This document shows, one piece after another, positions 26,520-35,777 of a DNA stretch of 54,788 nucleotides. The notes beneath the pieces are model-generated. The model saw only the letters and a list, made by a program, of their open reading frames with translations. It was not told the DNA's origin and ran no database searches. The stretch comes from an uncultured Candidatus Saccharibacteria bacterium (GTDB taxonomy: Bacteria > Patescibacteriota > Minisyncoccia > Phycocordibacterales > SBAW01). The translations under genes and the position numbers were made by a program. The stretch spans positions 1 through 54,788 of the forward strand of contig CAYHDT010000007.1 in NCBI GenBank assembly GCA_964355655.1, in the 5' to 3' direction. The first letter of the stretch is position 1; each line of letters starts with the position of its first letter.

Positions 26520-27158
26520 ATGCTTACGCTTTACACGTGGACGACGCCGAACGGGTACAAGGTTCCTATATTGCTCGAGGAACTAGGGCTGTCGTATGAA
26601 ATAGTGCCGGTCAACATTGGTGCCGGCGAGCAAAAGGCGCCGGAGTACCTGGCGCTTAATCCCAACGGCAAAATCCCGACCCTTACCGACAGCGAGGGGC
26701 CGGAGGGCAAGCCAGTTACTATTTTTGAGTCCGGCGCGATACTTTGGTACCTGGCCGAAAAGTCGGGGCGGCTGCTCTCCAAAGATATTTCCAACAAACT
26801 TCTTACGATGGAGTGGCTGATGTTCCAGATGGCAAGCGTCGGGCCGATGCTCGGGCAAGCCAAACATTTTCGACTCGACACGCCCGAGCAGTTGGAGTAT
26901 CCGCTCAAGCGCTTCGGCGACGAGGCGCAAAGAATTTATAAAGTATTGGACAAGCGGCTCGGCGAGGCTGACTACTTGGCGGGGGAGTACTCGATAGCCG
27001 ACATCGCCACGTGGCCGTGGGTGCGCAACTATACCAAACATGGCGTCGACTTAAACGATTTGCCGAACGTAAAACGCTGGTTCGATGCAATCGCCGCGCG
27101 GTCTGCTGTGCAGGCCGCGCTCGTTAAAGTGGATGCTGCCGCGGCCTCTAAAAAATAA
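26520..27158 (+). CDS. Glutathione S-transferase family (YfcG-like)
   Basis: TTPNG, NPNGKIP, FESGAIL, YSIADIA. Confidence 0.93.
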   Translation: MLTLYTWTTPNGYKVPILLEELGLSYEIVPVNIGAGEQKAPEYLALNPNGKIPTLTDSEGPEGKPVTIFESGAILWYLAEKSGRLLSKDISNKLLTMEWLMFQMASVGPMLGQAKHFRLDTPEQLEYPLKRFGDEAQRIYKVLDKRLGEADYLAGEYSIADIATWPWVRNYTKHGVDLNDLPNVKRWFDAIAARSAVQAALVKVDAAAASKK

Positions 27159-27204
27159 AAAAGCCCCGCCAACTGGCGGGGTTGAGGAGCGGCGAGCTTT
27201 AGGC

Positions 27205-27660
27205 TCATCGCCTCGCTCGCATGGTGCCGGTCTCCATATCGTCGTACTCGATAAAGGGGCCCAGCGCCATAAGTTCGGCCGTGGTGTATGTCCTGAGGAT
27301 TTCGACCTCGGCGAGCTTAAAGCCGAAGCAATCCCAGTTTTTGTCCTGCACAGGGTGTCCGTGTTGGTAGAACCATTTGGCCGCAAGTGGCGAATGGACG
27401 GCGAGTACTTGCAGCGCGATTTCCTGGTAGACGTCAAAGCCGTCGATCTTGTCGTTGACACGATCGAGCGCCAAGAACTCCTCTACCGTAAGCAGGCCCT
27501 TCTTCGTGCGCGGCACGACGCTGCGCGTATATCTCGGCACGTGGCCGCAGGTGACCCTCGCCGTGGGGAGAATGCAGCCGACCCAGCCGCGGCGCACCGC
27601 CTCGGGTGCGTCGCCGTGGGGAAGCGAGTTAATCCTGATTATCTTTGCGAAAGAAGCCAT
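27205..27660 (-). CDS. Hypothetical protein
   Basis: CAGGAGG SD; terminator at 27157-27182. Confidence 0.65.
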   Translation of the reverse strand: MASFAKIIRINSLPHGDAPEAVRRGWVGCILPTARVTCGHVPRYTRSVVPRTKKGLLTVEEFLALDRVNDKIDGFDVYQEIALQVLAVHSPLAAKWFYQHGHPVQDKNWDCFGFKLAEVEILRTYTTAELMALGPFIEYDDMETGTMRARR

Positions 27661-27709
27661 TGGCCCCTCCTGTTTCGTCTGGTCCTACCATAGCAAAATG
27701 GCGCAATAA

Positions 27710-27736
27710 ATCCAGCACCAACTGTTGGTGCTGGAT
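27710..27736. repeat. 27-bp palindrome ATCCAGCACCAAC-W-GTTGGTGCTGGAT, copy 1
   Basis: Second copy at 41270-41296. Confidence 0.9.
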
Positions 27737-27771
27737 AAAAAAGCCCCGCCAGTTGGCGGGGTACTACTGCA

Positions 27772-27975
27772 TTAAAATTCGACACGCTTGCCTTTGTCAT
27801 CAAACACCGCCATGACTTCCTGCTGGCATACCAGCATGCCGCCGAGGAGATTTTTAGCTTCGTCGGTGCTGTCCACGTCGGCCTCTTTGGTCGGCCAGTG
27901 GTCCCGCGGGTCGATATGCACAATACGCAGTTTGCCCGCAGGCGCGGTACAAATCGCTTGTTCTTGCGTGTTCAT
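27772..27975 (-). CDS. Hypothetical protein, 67 aa
   Basis: GGGAG upstream; terminator near 27737-27762 almost identical to that at 27157. Confidence 0.5.
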   Translation of the reverse strand: MNTQEQAICTAPAGKLRIVHIDPRDHWPTKEADVDSTDEAKNLLGGMLVCQQEVMAVFDDKGKRVEF

Positions 27976-28045
27976 TCCTAAGCTCCCTTCTTTCTCCCCA
28001 CAGAGTATCCAAGCAAGCAAACTTTGTAAATAGCCCTGTTACATA

Positions 28046-28151
28046 ACAACAAAACCCCCACATCGAGTGGAGGTTTTGTTGTTTGCGGCGCCGCATCAGG
28101 AAGTGCGGCATCCTACAAAATTATAGGCGCTTCGCTTCTTAATTTTGTGGA
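28046..28151. repeat. 106-bp direct repeat, copy 1 (outer island boundary)
   Basis: Matches 31343-31448 with 4 mismatches; three hairpins; ends TGTGGA like the tmRNA 3' end. Confidence 0.92.
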
Positions 28152-28302
28152 CACATCCCCGGAAAGTTGGAACCGCCTTGTTCCCAGCATTTTTGAGCAA
28201 TACGAGCTCCTAGTTGCCCGCGATTACGCCTTGGCCCAGTAGGGGGAAGGATTACAAGGGGGTAGTGGAATTAAAAGCGGCCCCGAAGGGCCGCTTTGCG
28301 CA

Positions 28303-28572
28303 CTAGATACGGCTGCTAAGCCATGGCCAGATGTCCTTATGCATCCAACCTGCGTGCCCGCCACTATGGAGCCGAGTGACGAAGACATTGTCGTCAGAAT
28401 CTATATGCCCACGCAACTTTTCGCTTATTTGGTCCGCACTCAAGTGAGTTGAGACGAACCAAACGGAATCCAAGCCGTTGTCCCGTATCCAATCGCCCAA
28501 AGCTTTGAGGGCGGTGTACAAACGCTCGTAGTCCTTAGTTTTGTTGAGGTCGTAGGTAATTAGGTAAACCAT
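28303..28572 (-). CDS. Stand-alone Cas2/VapD-like small protein
   Basis: YLITYDL at N-terminus, SVWFV, about 90 aa. Confidence 0.65.
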   Translation of the reverse strand: MVYLITYDLNKTKDYERLYTALKALGDWIRDNGLDSVWFVSTHLSADQISEKLRGHIDSDDNVFVTRLHSGGHAGWMHKDIWPWLSSRI

Positions 28573-28880
28573 AAACAATAACTATCCTTGTAAAGCGCCA
28601 TACGAGCTGGTACGCTTAAGGTGCAAGTCTAAAGCGCAAGGAAGTCGACCGGGCTTCCCCTCAAAATATGCCGCAGGGGGTCGTCCTTATCGCAGGGCGG
28701 CCCTTATTCGCTACCGTCTCCCACTGGGGATAGCTCGGTTGCACGAACAGGAGCCGTATGCTATAAAGATATTAACCCCTGCCCACCATCATAATATCTT
28801 CAATTGCATTGTGCAAGATGGTAAATGGGGGATAAGTAATATGACGACGCCTATACGCAGCGCGCCGTACCCAACATCCA

Positions 28881-29207
28881 ATGAAAGTCAGCTATGGCGA
28901 GGACCTCGCCGAGTATCTGGCCGACGAGAAGGCTTGTCGTGCTCGCTACGGGGTCCCAATGACAAAACTTATCTTCCGCCGCCTCAACCAACTCCTCGCG
29001 TCTCCCACTCTAGAAGCCATGCACAACCTAGGTCGATGCCATGAGCTTAAGGGAGACCGTGCGGGCTGCTTTGCTGTTGACCTGGTACATCCACAGCGGA
29101 TGATTTTTAAGCCGGACGACGAGACGAAGGAGTATTTAGAGGGGAGAGAGATTAAATGGCCAAAGGTACGCTCTGTAGAGATTTTAAGCATAGAGGACTA
29201 TCACTAA
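28881..29207 (+). CDS. higB: HigB/RelE-family toxin
   Basis: HELKGDRAGCFAVDL..RMIFKP..IEDYH. Confidence 0.9.
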   Translation: MKVSYGEDLAEYLADEKACRARYGVPMTKLIFRRLNQLLASPTLEAMHNLGRCHELKGDRAGCFAVDLVHPQRMIFKPDDETKEYLEGREIKWPKVRSVEILSIEDYH

Positions 29208-29212
29208 AAAAC

Positions 29213-30304
29213 ATGACTGTCGAAGCTAAAAAATATACATATCGCTCCGTAGCTATCCCTCCAGGGGATACCCTTCTCGAGGTGCTCGAGTTTTTGAACA
29301 TGAGCCAAAAAGAGTTGGCTGAAAGAATGGGCCGTCCGCTTAAGTTGGTAAATGAAATCGTCAAAGGTAAAGCGTCTATCACTTCGGAGACTGCAATCCA
29401 ATTGGAACGAGTTCTGGGGAAGGAAGCAGCTTTTTGGTCTAACTTAGAGGCAGGGTTTCAAGAGGCTCTTGCTAGGCAAGAGGCGGATAAAAGGCTTGTA
29501 GATGAGATTGAAAAAGTCCCCCTCTATCCCTATGCAGAAATGGTAAAAAATGGTTGGGTATCTGCGGCAAATAGTGCAGTAACTAAAGCCAGGAATCTAT
29601 TGGAGTTTTTTGCTGTGAACTCTCTAGATAATGTGGTTGAAAACAGATTACTGCAGCCAGTCTTCTACAAAATCTCTTCCAAAAAGAAAGTAGACTCTTT
29701 TGCTGTTTCCGCTTGGTTAAGAAAAGGAGCCGTCGATGCTCAAGAAATAAATACGAAGCCGTTTAACGAAGAAATTCTAAAAGAAAAACTAACTCAAATC
29801 AGAGAACTAACTTCTGAAAAACCTCAAGAATTTTTAGAGAAAATTACGAGTTGTCTAGCGGAAGCCGGGATCGCCTTTGTTGTGACACGAAATCTAAAGA
29901 ATGTACCTGTAAATGGTGCTTCAAGATGGCTGGGGAGTGATAAGGCCCTAATCCAACTGAGTATTTACGGAAGATTTGCAGATAAATTCTGGTTTTCTCT
30001 ATTCCATGAAATAGGTCATATTATCCTGCATGGGAAAAGAGACTTCAACATAGACATAAGCAATGGACCAAATATTGACTTAAAAGAAGCGCAAGCGAAT
30101 GAATATGCTAAAGACTTGCTCATTCCTTCCGATAAGTATCTGGATTTTATAAGTAAAGGAGAGTTTAATGCTCAAGCGATAAACCAATTCGCCCAAAAAG
30201 TTAAAATTCACCCAGGAATAGTGGTAGGTAGACTTCAATTTGAAGAGTTGGTTGGTTTCAACCAGCTAAATCACCTGAGGGGTCGTTATACATGGGGGGA
30301 ATAG
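29213..30304 (+). CDS. higA: HigA antitoxin HTH fused to ImmA/IrrE metallopeptidase
   Basis: IPPGDTL..MSQKELAERMG; FWFSLFHEIGH; EAQAN. Confidence 0.88.
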   Translation: MTVEAKKYTYRSVAIPPGDTLLEVLEFLNMSQKELAERMGRPLKLVNEIVKGKASITSETAIQLERVLGKEAAFWSNLEAGFQEALARQEADKRLVDEIEKVPLYPYAEMVKNGWVSAANSAVTKARNLLEFFAVNSLDNVVENRLLQPVFYKISSKKKVDSFAVSAWLRKGAVDAQEINTKPFNEEILKEKLTQIRELTSEKPQEFLEKITSCLAEAGIAFVVTRNLKNVPVNGASRWLGSDKALIQLSIYGRFADKFWFSLFHEIGHIILHGKRDFNIDISNGPNIDLKEAQANEYAKDLLIPSDKYLDFISKGEFNAQAINQFAQKVKIHPGIVVGRLQFEELVGFNQLNHLRGRYTWGE

Positions 30305-30402
30305 TCATTCTGATTTGACGCGCTTGACGAGGGATTGGGATTGGGGTCAGATCCCATAAAGATGTTGTTGCTAAATAGTTAAATAGGGTCTACAAATAGG
30401 CT

Positions 30403-31245
30403 ATGTTTGGATGGATTTCCAGCCTCTTTGGGAAAATAGCTTTAGGTATCTCCGGTGTCCTCATTGGTGTGGCGGGGTTTATTTCGCCTGCTCAAAAAGA
30501 AGATGCGTTGCCGGCACCATCAGCGACCAGCACATCAGAAATAGTACCCGCAACACCGACGTCAACGGTAAAAAAAACTTCTACACCAGCAACAAAATCT
30601 GTTCAAGTCCCGCCTGTGCAAGCAGTCAATCCCAAACCGACGCAAGCCGTAGTGCCGGTCTCACCATCAGCAAAAATTACCCCAACAATTCGGTCATTTG
30701 ATGTTTCACCCACATCGGCATCTTATGGTGATGATGTGACATTTTCTTGGTCAGCACAGAATGCTGTAAGTTGTGCCGTACCCGTTGCCGACCCTTCAAA
30801 TTTGGCTATTCCATTCGTGGGGCGCTTACCTCAAGGGTCAGTCAGTTACAAGATAGTGGATACTACAGGGACTTCAAAAAGCCTGACCTTCTGGATAGTG
30901 TGTGCTGATAAAGATTGGGCCACGGTCAGTGCAAAAATAAATATCCAATTACTAGAGGCTCGCGTCGTCGGGACTCCCTATACTTACAATGATGGACACG
31001 GTAATAGGTTTGTATCTGTAACCGTTAAGGGGGCGGCGTCGGCCCACGTGTCATGTGTGGTCGCAACATATAATGGGACAGGCGCCCCGAATGTTGTTGA
31101 TTCAATTGTGTATCCCGATAACGATACTCACATCACAACCGCAGCAATCCAAGAGAATATCACAGCTGGGTTACCCTTAAATTGTAAAATAAATTTCAGC
31201 GCGGGAGTTGAGGAAGAATTTTCCGTCCAGACACCAGGCCGATAA
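30403..31245 (+). CDS. Exported protein with Pro/Thr linker and beta-rich domains
   Basis: N-terminal hydrophobic segment; FSWSAQNAVSC. Confidence 0.7.
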   Translation: MFGWISSLFGKIALGISGVLIGVAGFISPAQKEDALPAPSATSTSEIVPATPTSTVKKTSTPATKSVQVPPVQAVNPKPTQAVVPVSPSAKITPTIRSFDVSPTSASYGDDVTFSWSAQNAVSCAVPVADPSNLAIPFVGRLPQGSVSYKIVDTTGTSKSLTFWIVCADKDWATVSAKINIQLLEARVVGTPYTYNDGHGNRFVSVTVKGAASAHVSCVVATYNGTGAPNVVDSIVYPDNDTHITTAAIQENITAGLPLNCKINFSAGVEEEFSVQTPGR

Positions 31246-31256
31246 ACTAAGCTTAT

Positions 31257-31335
31257 TGAGGAATTGGTCACAAGTAACTTTTTGTCGCCGTAAAAAAATT
31301 TCGCAACCCTGCCTCGCTCCAGCTTTCGAATCCCC
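31257..31335 (-). other. Conserved T-arm-like element, copy 1
   Basis: GGGGATTCGAAAGCTGGAGCG-AGGCAGGGT...TGACCAATTCCTC; homologous to 54644-54752. Confidence 0.7.
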
Positions 31336-31342
31336 ACGCACG

Positions 31343-31448
31343 ACAACAAAACCCCCACATCGAGTGGGGGTTTTGTTGTTTGTGGCGCCGCACTAGGAAG
31401 TGCGGCATCCTACAAAATTATAGGCGCTTCGCTTCTTAATTTTGTGGA
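31343..31448. repeat. 106-bp direct repeat, copy 2
   Basis: See 28046-28151. Confidence 0.92.
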
Positions 31449-31593
31449 GATATCGGGCAAAACATCAAACCGCTGAAAGACTACCTATTTAGGTTCTGGG
31501 GCTACTGGCTTAGTAGTCAAAGTCTCCAGGCTTATCTAAGGGGAGGTATAGACAAACCTCAGTAATTAAACAAGAACGTTGTACTATTGCGGC

Positions 31594-32142
31594 ATGGCGG
31601 ACACTAAAACATATCTTGAACAATATGATGATGGGAACCCTATAGATAACCTGATCACGGAGGAACAGTTAGAGCAACTGATGCCTTTGGTGGGCACAAT
31701 CCTCGCCAAGTTTAATGCTTTGGAGACTGACTTGGATAGGCAAATAGCGGAAGCTATCAACGGTAGAGCGCATCAGCCTGGTTATACCATTACCGCTGAG
31801 ATGAGTGCTGTGTTCGCGAAGAAGGTTTCAGTTTTTAAGGCACTACTTGGTATTGCAGTAAGTTCGCTAGACAATGATGCATTATCAGCAGAGTTTGAGC
31901 CTCTGTGGAAGTCTTTATATGCAGTAAAGGATATTAGAAACGATATTGCTCATGCAGACTGGCTTAACGGTGTTTCAGACTATAGGATTCGTATAAAGAT
32001 ATCCAGTGATGAAAAGGGGCCGTATGCGATCACGAGAGTGATGACCCCGGACTACTTAGAGGCTCAAATTGAAAGTCTAGATAAAGCCTCCGAGAAGCTA
32101 GAGAAGTTTGAAGAAAGTTTTTCAAATGCATTAAGTGTCTGA
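31594..32142 (+). CDS. Hypothetical helical protein with an RxxxxH (HEPN-like) motif
   Basis: IRNDIAH. Confidence 0.6.
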   Translation: MADTKTYLEQYDDGNPIDNLITEEQLEQLMPLVGTILAKFNALETDLDRQIAEAINGRAHQPGYTITAEMSAVFAKKVSVFKALLGIAVSSLDNDALSAEFEPLWKSLYAVKDIRNDIAHADWLNGVSDYRIRIKISSDEKGPYAITRVMTPDYLEAQIESLDKASEKLEKFEESFSNALSV

Positions 32143-32267
32143 ATCGATTTTATCAACGGCTTGTTTTGAAAGGATTATGCCTGAACATAAGCTTGTTCTT
32201 AGAATGGCCGTTTTGGGTGTCCTAAATTAAGTCTCTATTTGCGTTATGCAATTGGTACTATAATGGG

Positions 32268-32436
32268 CTTGTGCAGCTCCTCTGCACCCAACAATTGAAT
32301 AAAAGGGCCTAACCCTCTCAGGAGGTAAGGTTGACAAGCCGGATCACGCATAAAAAACCCGTCATGGGGTTGCGTGATCCGCCGTATCGGGAAACTGGTA
32401 CGAGAGACTTCGGTCTCTACCCGTGGCGGGCTTTTT
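32268..32436 (+). ncRNA. Candidate multi-hairpin ncRNA in the island
   Basis: TATAAT 32259; stems GGATCACGCA/TGCGTGATCC, GAAA and UUCG tetraloop hairpins, final hairpin plus U-run. Confidence 0.5.
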
Positions 32437-32455
32437 GTATTTAAAAATAACTTCT

Positions 32456-32701
32456 ATGAATGATTTAAGCATTCTTGCTCTTGGTTTCTTTGGTTTAGCT
32501 GTAATTGGGCTGCTGGTTTTTAAAGTGATAATTTGGCTCTCAAAGACAAGGCTTGTAGAAACTATTAGTCAGGCAGCTGATCCAGTATTGGAAAAAGTTT
32601 CTTGGTTTTTCAGACTAGGATGGCTCTGGCTTACTGGTGGAATCTTAGTAGCAGTAGTTCTACTCGCTGTTCTGAAGTGGGCTTTTGTATTTCTTTTCTA
32701 A
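32456..32701 (+). CDS. Small membrane protein
   Basis: Two hydrophobic helices. Confidence 0.55.
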   Translation: MNDLSILALGFFGLAVIGLLVFKVIIWLSKTRLVETISQAADPVLEKVSWFFRLGWLWLTGGILVAVVLLAVLKWAFVFLF

Positions 32702-33040
32702 ATGAATGTACTGCGAAAATGGCTCTATATGCTCATCTTTGTAGCCCTCTTAGTCTGCATAGGGGGAGTGGGGTTTTACCTCGTTAGACCTCAAGCTGTG
32801 AGGCAACAATGCCCGTCATCGTACGTGACAGAGCAAGAAAGAGCAGAGGCTTTCATTTCTTTTGCGAAAGCCTTACCAACAAGTACCACCCCTTATGACT
32901 TTTTTGCTGCACGAATAGACTTTTACATAGCTAATGGGTGTGTCTCGGAGCTGCAGAAATACGGCTATGACGGAAGGCCAATAGATGTGAGAGTTAGGGC
33001 CGTCCTCATATCCTCCATGGCTGACTCTTTAAGCAAATAA
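32702..33040 (+). CDS. Hypothetical membrane-anchored protein
   Basis: N-terminal TM; abuts the previous ORF. Confidence 0.6.
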   Translation: MNVLRKWLYMLIFVALLVCIGGVGFYLVRPQAVRQQCPSSYVTEQERAEAFISFAKALPTSTTPYDFFAARIDFYIANGCVSELQKYGYDGRPIDVRVRAVLISSMADSLSK

Positions 33041-33132
33041 GCCTTAAATACAGGCCTATTTTGGTGGGGCCAGACGAATCTTTCATTTCTACTTAAAAGG
33101 AGTATTCTTTAGTGGCCTCCTGTTGAGGCTTG

Positions 33133-34971
33133 ATGATGAAAGTCCTATCTATTTCTATTGAGAATTTTCGAAGTATCCGGGAGGAAGTGGTCCTACCTAT
33201 TAAGAAAATAGGCCAGGGTACTTGTTATGTGTTGTTGGGGATCAACGAGAGCGGGAAGAGTAATATCCTTGATGCTATTGCCCTCATTAACAATCAAGAT
33301 GAACTGGACTATGAGCTTGATTGCCATAAGGAGGCTCAAGAGGAAGATGAAGCTATAGACATTACATATGATCTCGATATAGGCGACGGAACTGAATATA
33401 AAGAGTTTTTGATTGGAAAGGGTTGGGATAAGACTTTAGTAAGCAAAATCAAATTCACTACTGTAAATAGGGGAATATTTCTTGATCGTGGTGAAGAAAG
33501 ACAAGACGAATATCAAATCTGGATTAAAGAGGATAAAGGTTTTGACAAGTATGTTCTTATAAAAGATGAAAAGGGGAAAGAAAGCATAGAGCTTCGAACT
33601 CCCGAAAATGAAGTACTGCATACAGGGAATGGAACTGACCTTTCGAATATTCTAACGAAAGCAAGGCTCGAAACTCGACTTGAGATCGAACTTTTTGATT
33701 TGTTGGATCAACACATGCCAAAGGTTATCTTTTGGCGGCCATCTGATGAGAGGTACCTTATCAATGGAGAAGTTGATCTAAATGCCTTTAAGGAGAATCC
33801 TGACATTTCCATCCCTTTGCGTAATTGTTTCCGAATTGCAGGCATTAAAACTCCAGAAAAGATAAAGGCCAAGATTGAAGGAATTGCAGGCAGGGCAAGC
33901 AAAAGCTTGGAGTTGCAACAAAAACTGAGTGAAAGTGTAACTGAGCATATCAATGCGATTTGGGAGGAACATGATGTAAGCGTTCAATTCTCCATTGATA
34001 ATTCAAAGCTTTCGTTCTTGGTTGAAGATAACGATGACACTCTTCCAAAGTACGGCATTCCTCAACGGAGCGATGGTTTTAGACATTTCGTTTCCATACT
34101 TTTGAATCTTTCGGCTGAGAACAAAACAGAAGTTTTGACTAACAACATAATTCTTCTTGATGAGCCCGAAATCCACTTACATCCCAGTGGTCAAAGGTAT
34201 CTTCGTGATGAACTACTCGACATCTCAAAAAACAACATCATCTTCTTTGCTTCCCACTCTGTATACATGGTTGATACAAAAAATATTGATAGGCACTTCA
34301 GCATAAAAAAGAGTAAAGGTAGAACAAAGGCTTCTCAGATAGAGAAAGACAATCCATATAGAGAAGAAGTACTTTACGAGGCACTAGGAACTTCTGTGCT
34401 TGAGCTTATTGAGCCCAATGTTCTCATATTTGAAGGGAAGACCGACAGGGACATTTTTGAACTTTATACGCGCAAACTCAAGGCAGACCTGAAGCCTCCA
34501 AAGGTATCACTCATATCAGCGGATGGGTGTAGCAACATAATCAAATATACGAAGTTTTTTAACACAAAAGTTGTTAAGGGCTATGTTGTTGTTGACTCCG
34601 ACAACGATGGAGTACAGCAAAAATCCCTTGTGCTTAAAGAGCCGGGATACGATAGTAAAAACACCTTTGAGATAAACGAGGTATTCGATACGAAAAAAGA
34701 ATCAAGTCTAGAAGATCTCTTTGATAAGAAGTTTTTGATTCAGGCTGTAAAAGATAAGTACGAGTTAGAGATAGATCTAGATAAAAAGATTCCACTGATT
34801 GCGCAAGTAAAGCAGAAACTGCAAGAAAATCGTAAGCCTTATAGAGATGAGGAAAAAGAAGCTGTAAAACAAGCGTTCTTCGATCAAATATCTAAACTCA
34901 GTAAAGAAGACCTAAAGAAGGAGGCCTACTATGATTTCTGCGCAGCTCTCTGCGAGAAGGTGAAGGCGTAA
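33133..34971 (+). CDS. OLD-family ABC ATPase plus TOPRIM nuclease (probable anti-phage)
   Basis: GINESGKS, RSDG, LLDEPEIHLHP, SHS, FEGKTD, VDSD. Confidence 0.85.
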   Translation: MMKVLSISIENFRSIREEVVLPIKKIGQGTCYVLLGINESGKSNILDAIALINNQDELDYELDCHKEAQEEDEAIDITYDLDIGDGTEYKEFLIGKGWDKTLVSKIKFTTVNRGIFLDRGEERQDEYQIWIKEDKGFDKYVLIKDEKGKESIELRTPENEVLHTGNGTDLSNILTKARLETRLEIELFDLLDQHMPKVIFWRPSDERYLINGEVDLNAFKENPDISIPLRNCFRIAGIKTPEKIKAKIEGIAGRASKSLELQQKLSESVTEHINAIWEEHDVSVQFSIDNSKLSFLVEDNDDTLPKYGIPQRSDGFRHFVSILLNLSAENKTEVLTNNIILLDEPEIHLHPSGQRYLRDELLDISKNNIIFFASHSVYMVDTKNIDRHFSIKKSKGRTKASQIEKDNPYREEVLYEALGTSVLELIEPNVLIFEGKTDRDIFELYTRKLKADLKPPKVSLISADGCSNIIKYTKFFNTKVVKGYVVVDSDNDGVQQKSLVLKEPGYDSKNTFEINEVFDTKKESSLEDLFDKKFLIQAVKDKYELEIDLDKKIPLIAQVKQKLQENRKPYRDEEKEAVKQAFFDQISKLSKEDLKKEAYYDFCAALCEKVKA

Positions 34972-35264
34972 TATTTAGTTAGCAAAAAAGTCGTTTTTTA
35001 GAAAAAGTGCATTGCTTTTTGCTCCACAATGTTTCGCAGTCCGAAAAGTATCTTTACTCCCTTTTAAAGGATGCATATGATTGCGGGCATAGAGAGCGAG
35101 ATGCGCTCGAACCAGTCCGCAGATAGCGAGCTGTAACCAAGGCGGGGACAAAGCTAGTCATCCGAATTTTGGGAACGTTTTATCAGGCAAGATAAAGCGT
35201 TTTTTGTCGTACCTTGAAAATTGAATAACCGTTGTTCACTCATTAACTCTAATCAGAAATCATT

Positions 35265-35480
35265 ATGAAAGTTAGAAAGTACCGTGCCCTAATGGACGAC
35301 TACTCTAGTTCTACAGCAGTTGCACAGGCAAATATTTGGCTCCTCGAGTCGTTTTGCCGTCGGTTAAATATCGACATCGAAGGGCGTCTTAAAGAGAAGC
35401 CTGACGAAGAGTCAATCTGGGAGTACATGACCGAGGAGGAATGGTACCCAGATTTCAAAAGAAAAATCGAAAAGGATTGA
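35265..35480 (+). CDS. Small hypothetical protein, paralog of 35583
   Basis: KYRALMDD...LESFC. Confidence 0.6.
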   Translation: MKVRKYRALMDDYSSSTAVAQANIWLLESFCRRLNIDIEGRLKEKPDEESIWEYMTEEEWYPDFKRKIEKD

Positions 35481-35582
35481 CCGCCCTTGTGGAGAACTAA
35501 GTTGGGTACTTTTGTCTAAGTACTTAACATCACTAACAGCTAATCCTCGGTGATGTAGACCCGATCAAAAACATCACAGCCG

Positions 35583-35777
35583 ATGCTATCCATCGCGAAG
35601 TATCGTGAGCTAACCAATGACAAGACCACCACAGACGAAGTGATCCTTGAAAGGCTCGAGTTCCTACACGCGTTTTGCAGCAATGTAATAAAAATTCAAC
35701 TAGATAAAAATGAAAAACGAAATACTATACCGAAAGCCTCCAAAGAGGCAAAGGGGAGGAAGGGCAATCTCAAATGA
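35583..35777 (+). CDS. Small hypothetical protein overlapping the recombinase start
   Basis: KYRELTND...LHAFC. Confidence 0.6.
   Translation: MLSIAKYRELTNDKTTTDEVILERLEFLHAFCSNVIKIQLDKNEKRNTIPKASKEAKGRKGNLK

Noticed and set aside
11935-30360. GGGTCAGA mini-hairpins at about 11940 and 30344 as a REP family
   Set aside because: Short, degenerate and only two copies; could be chance
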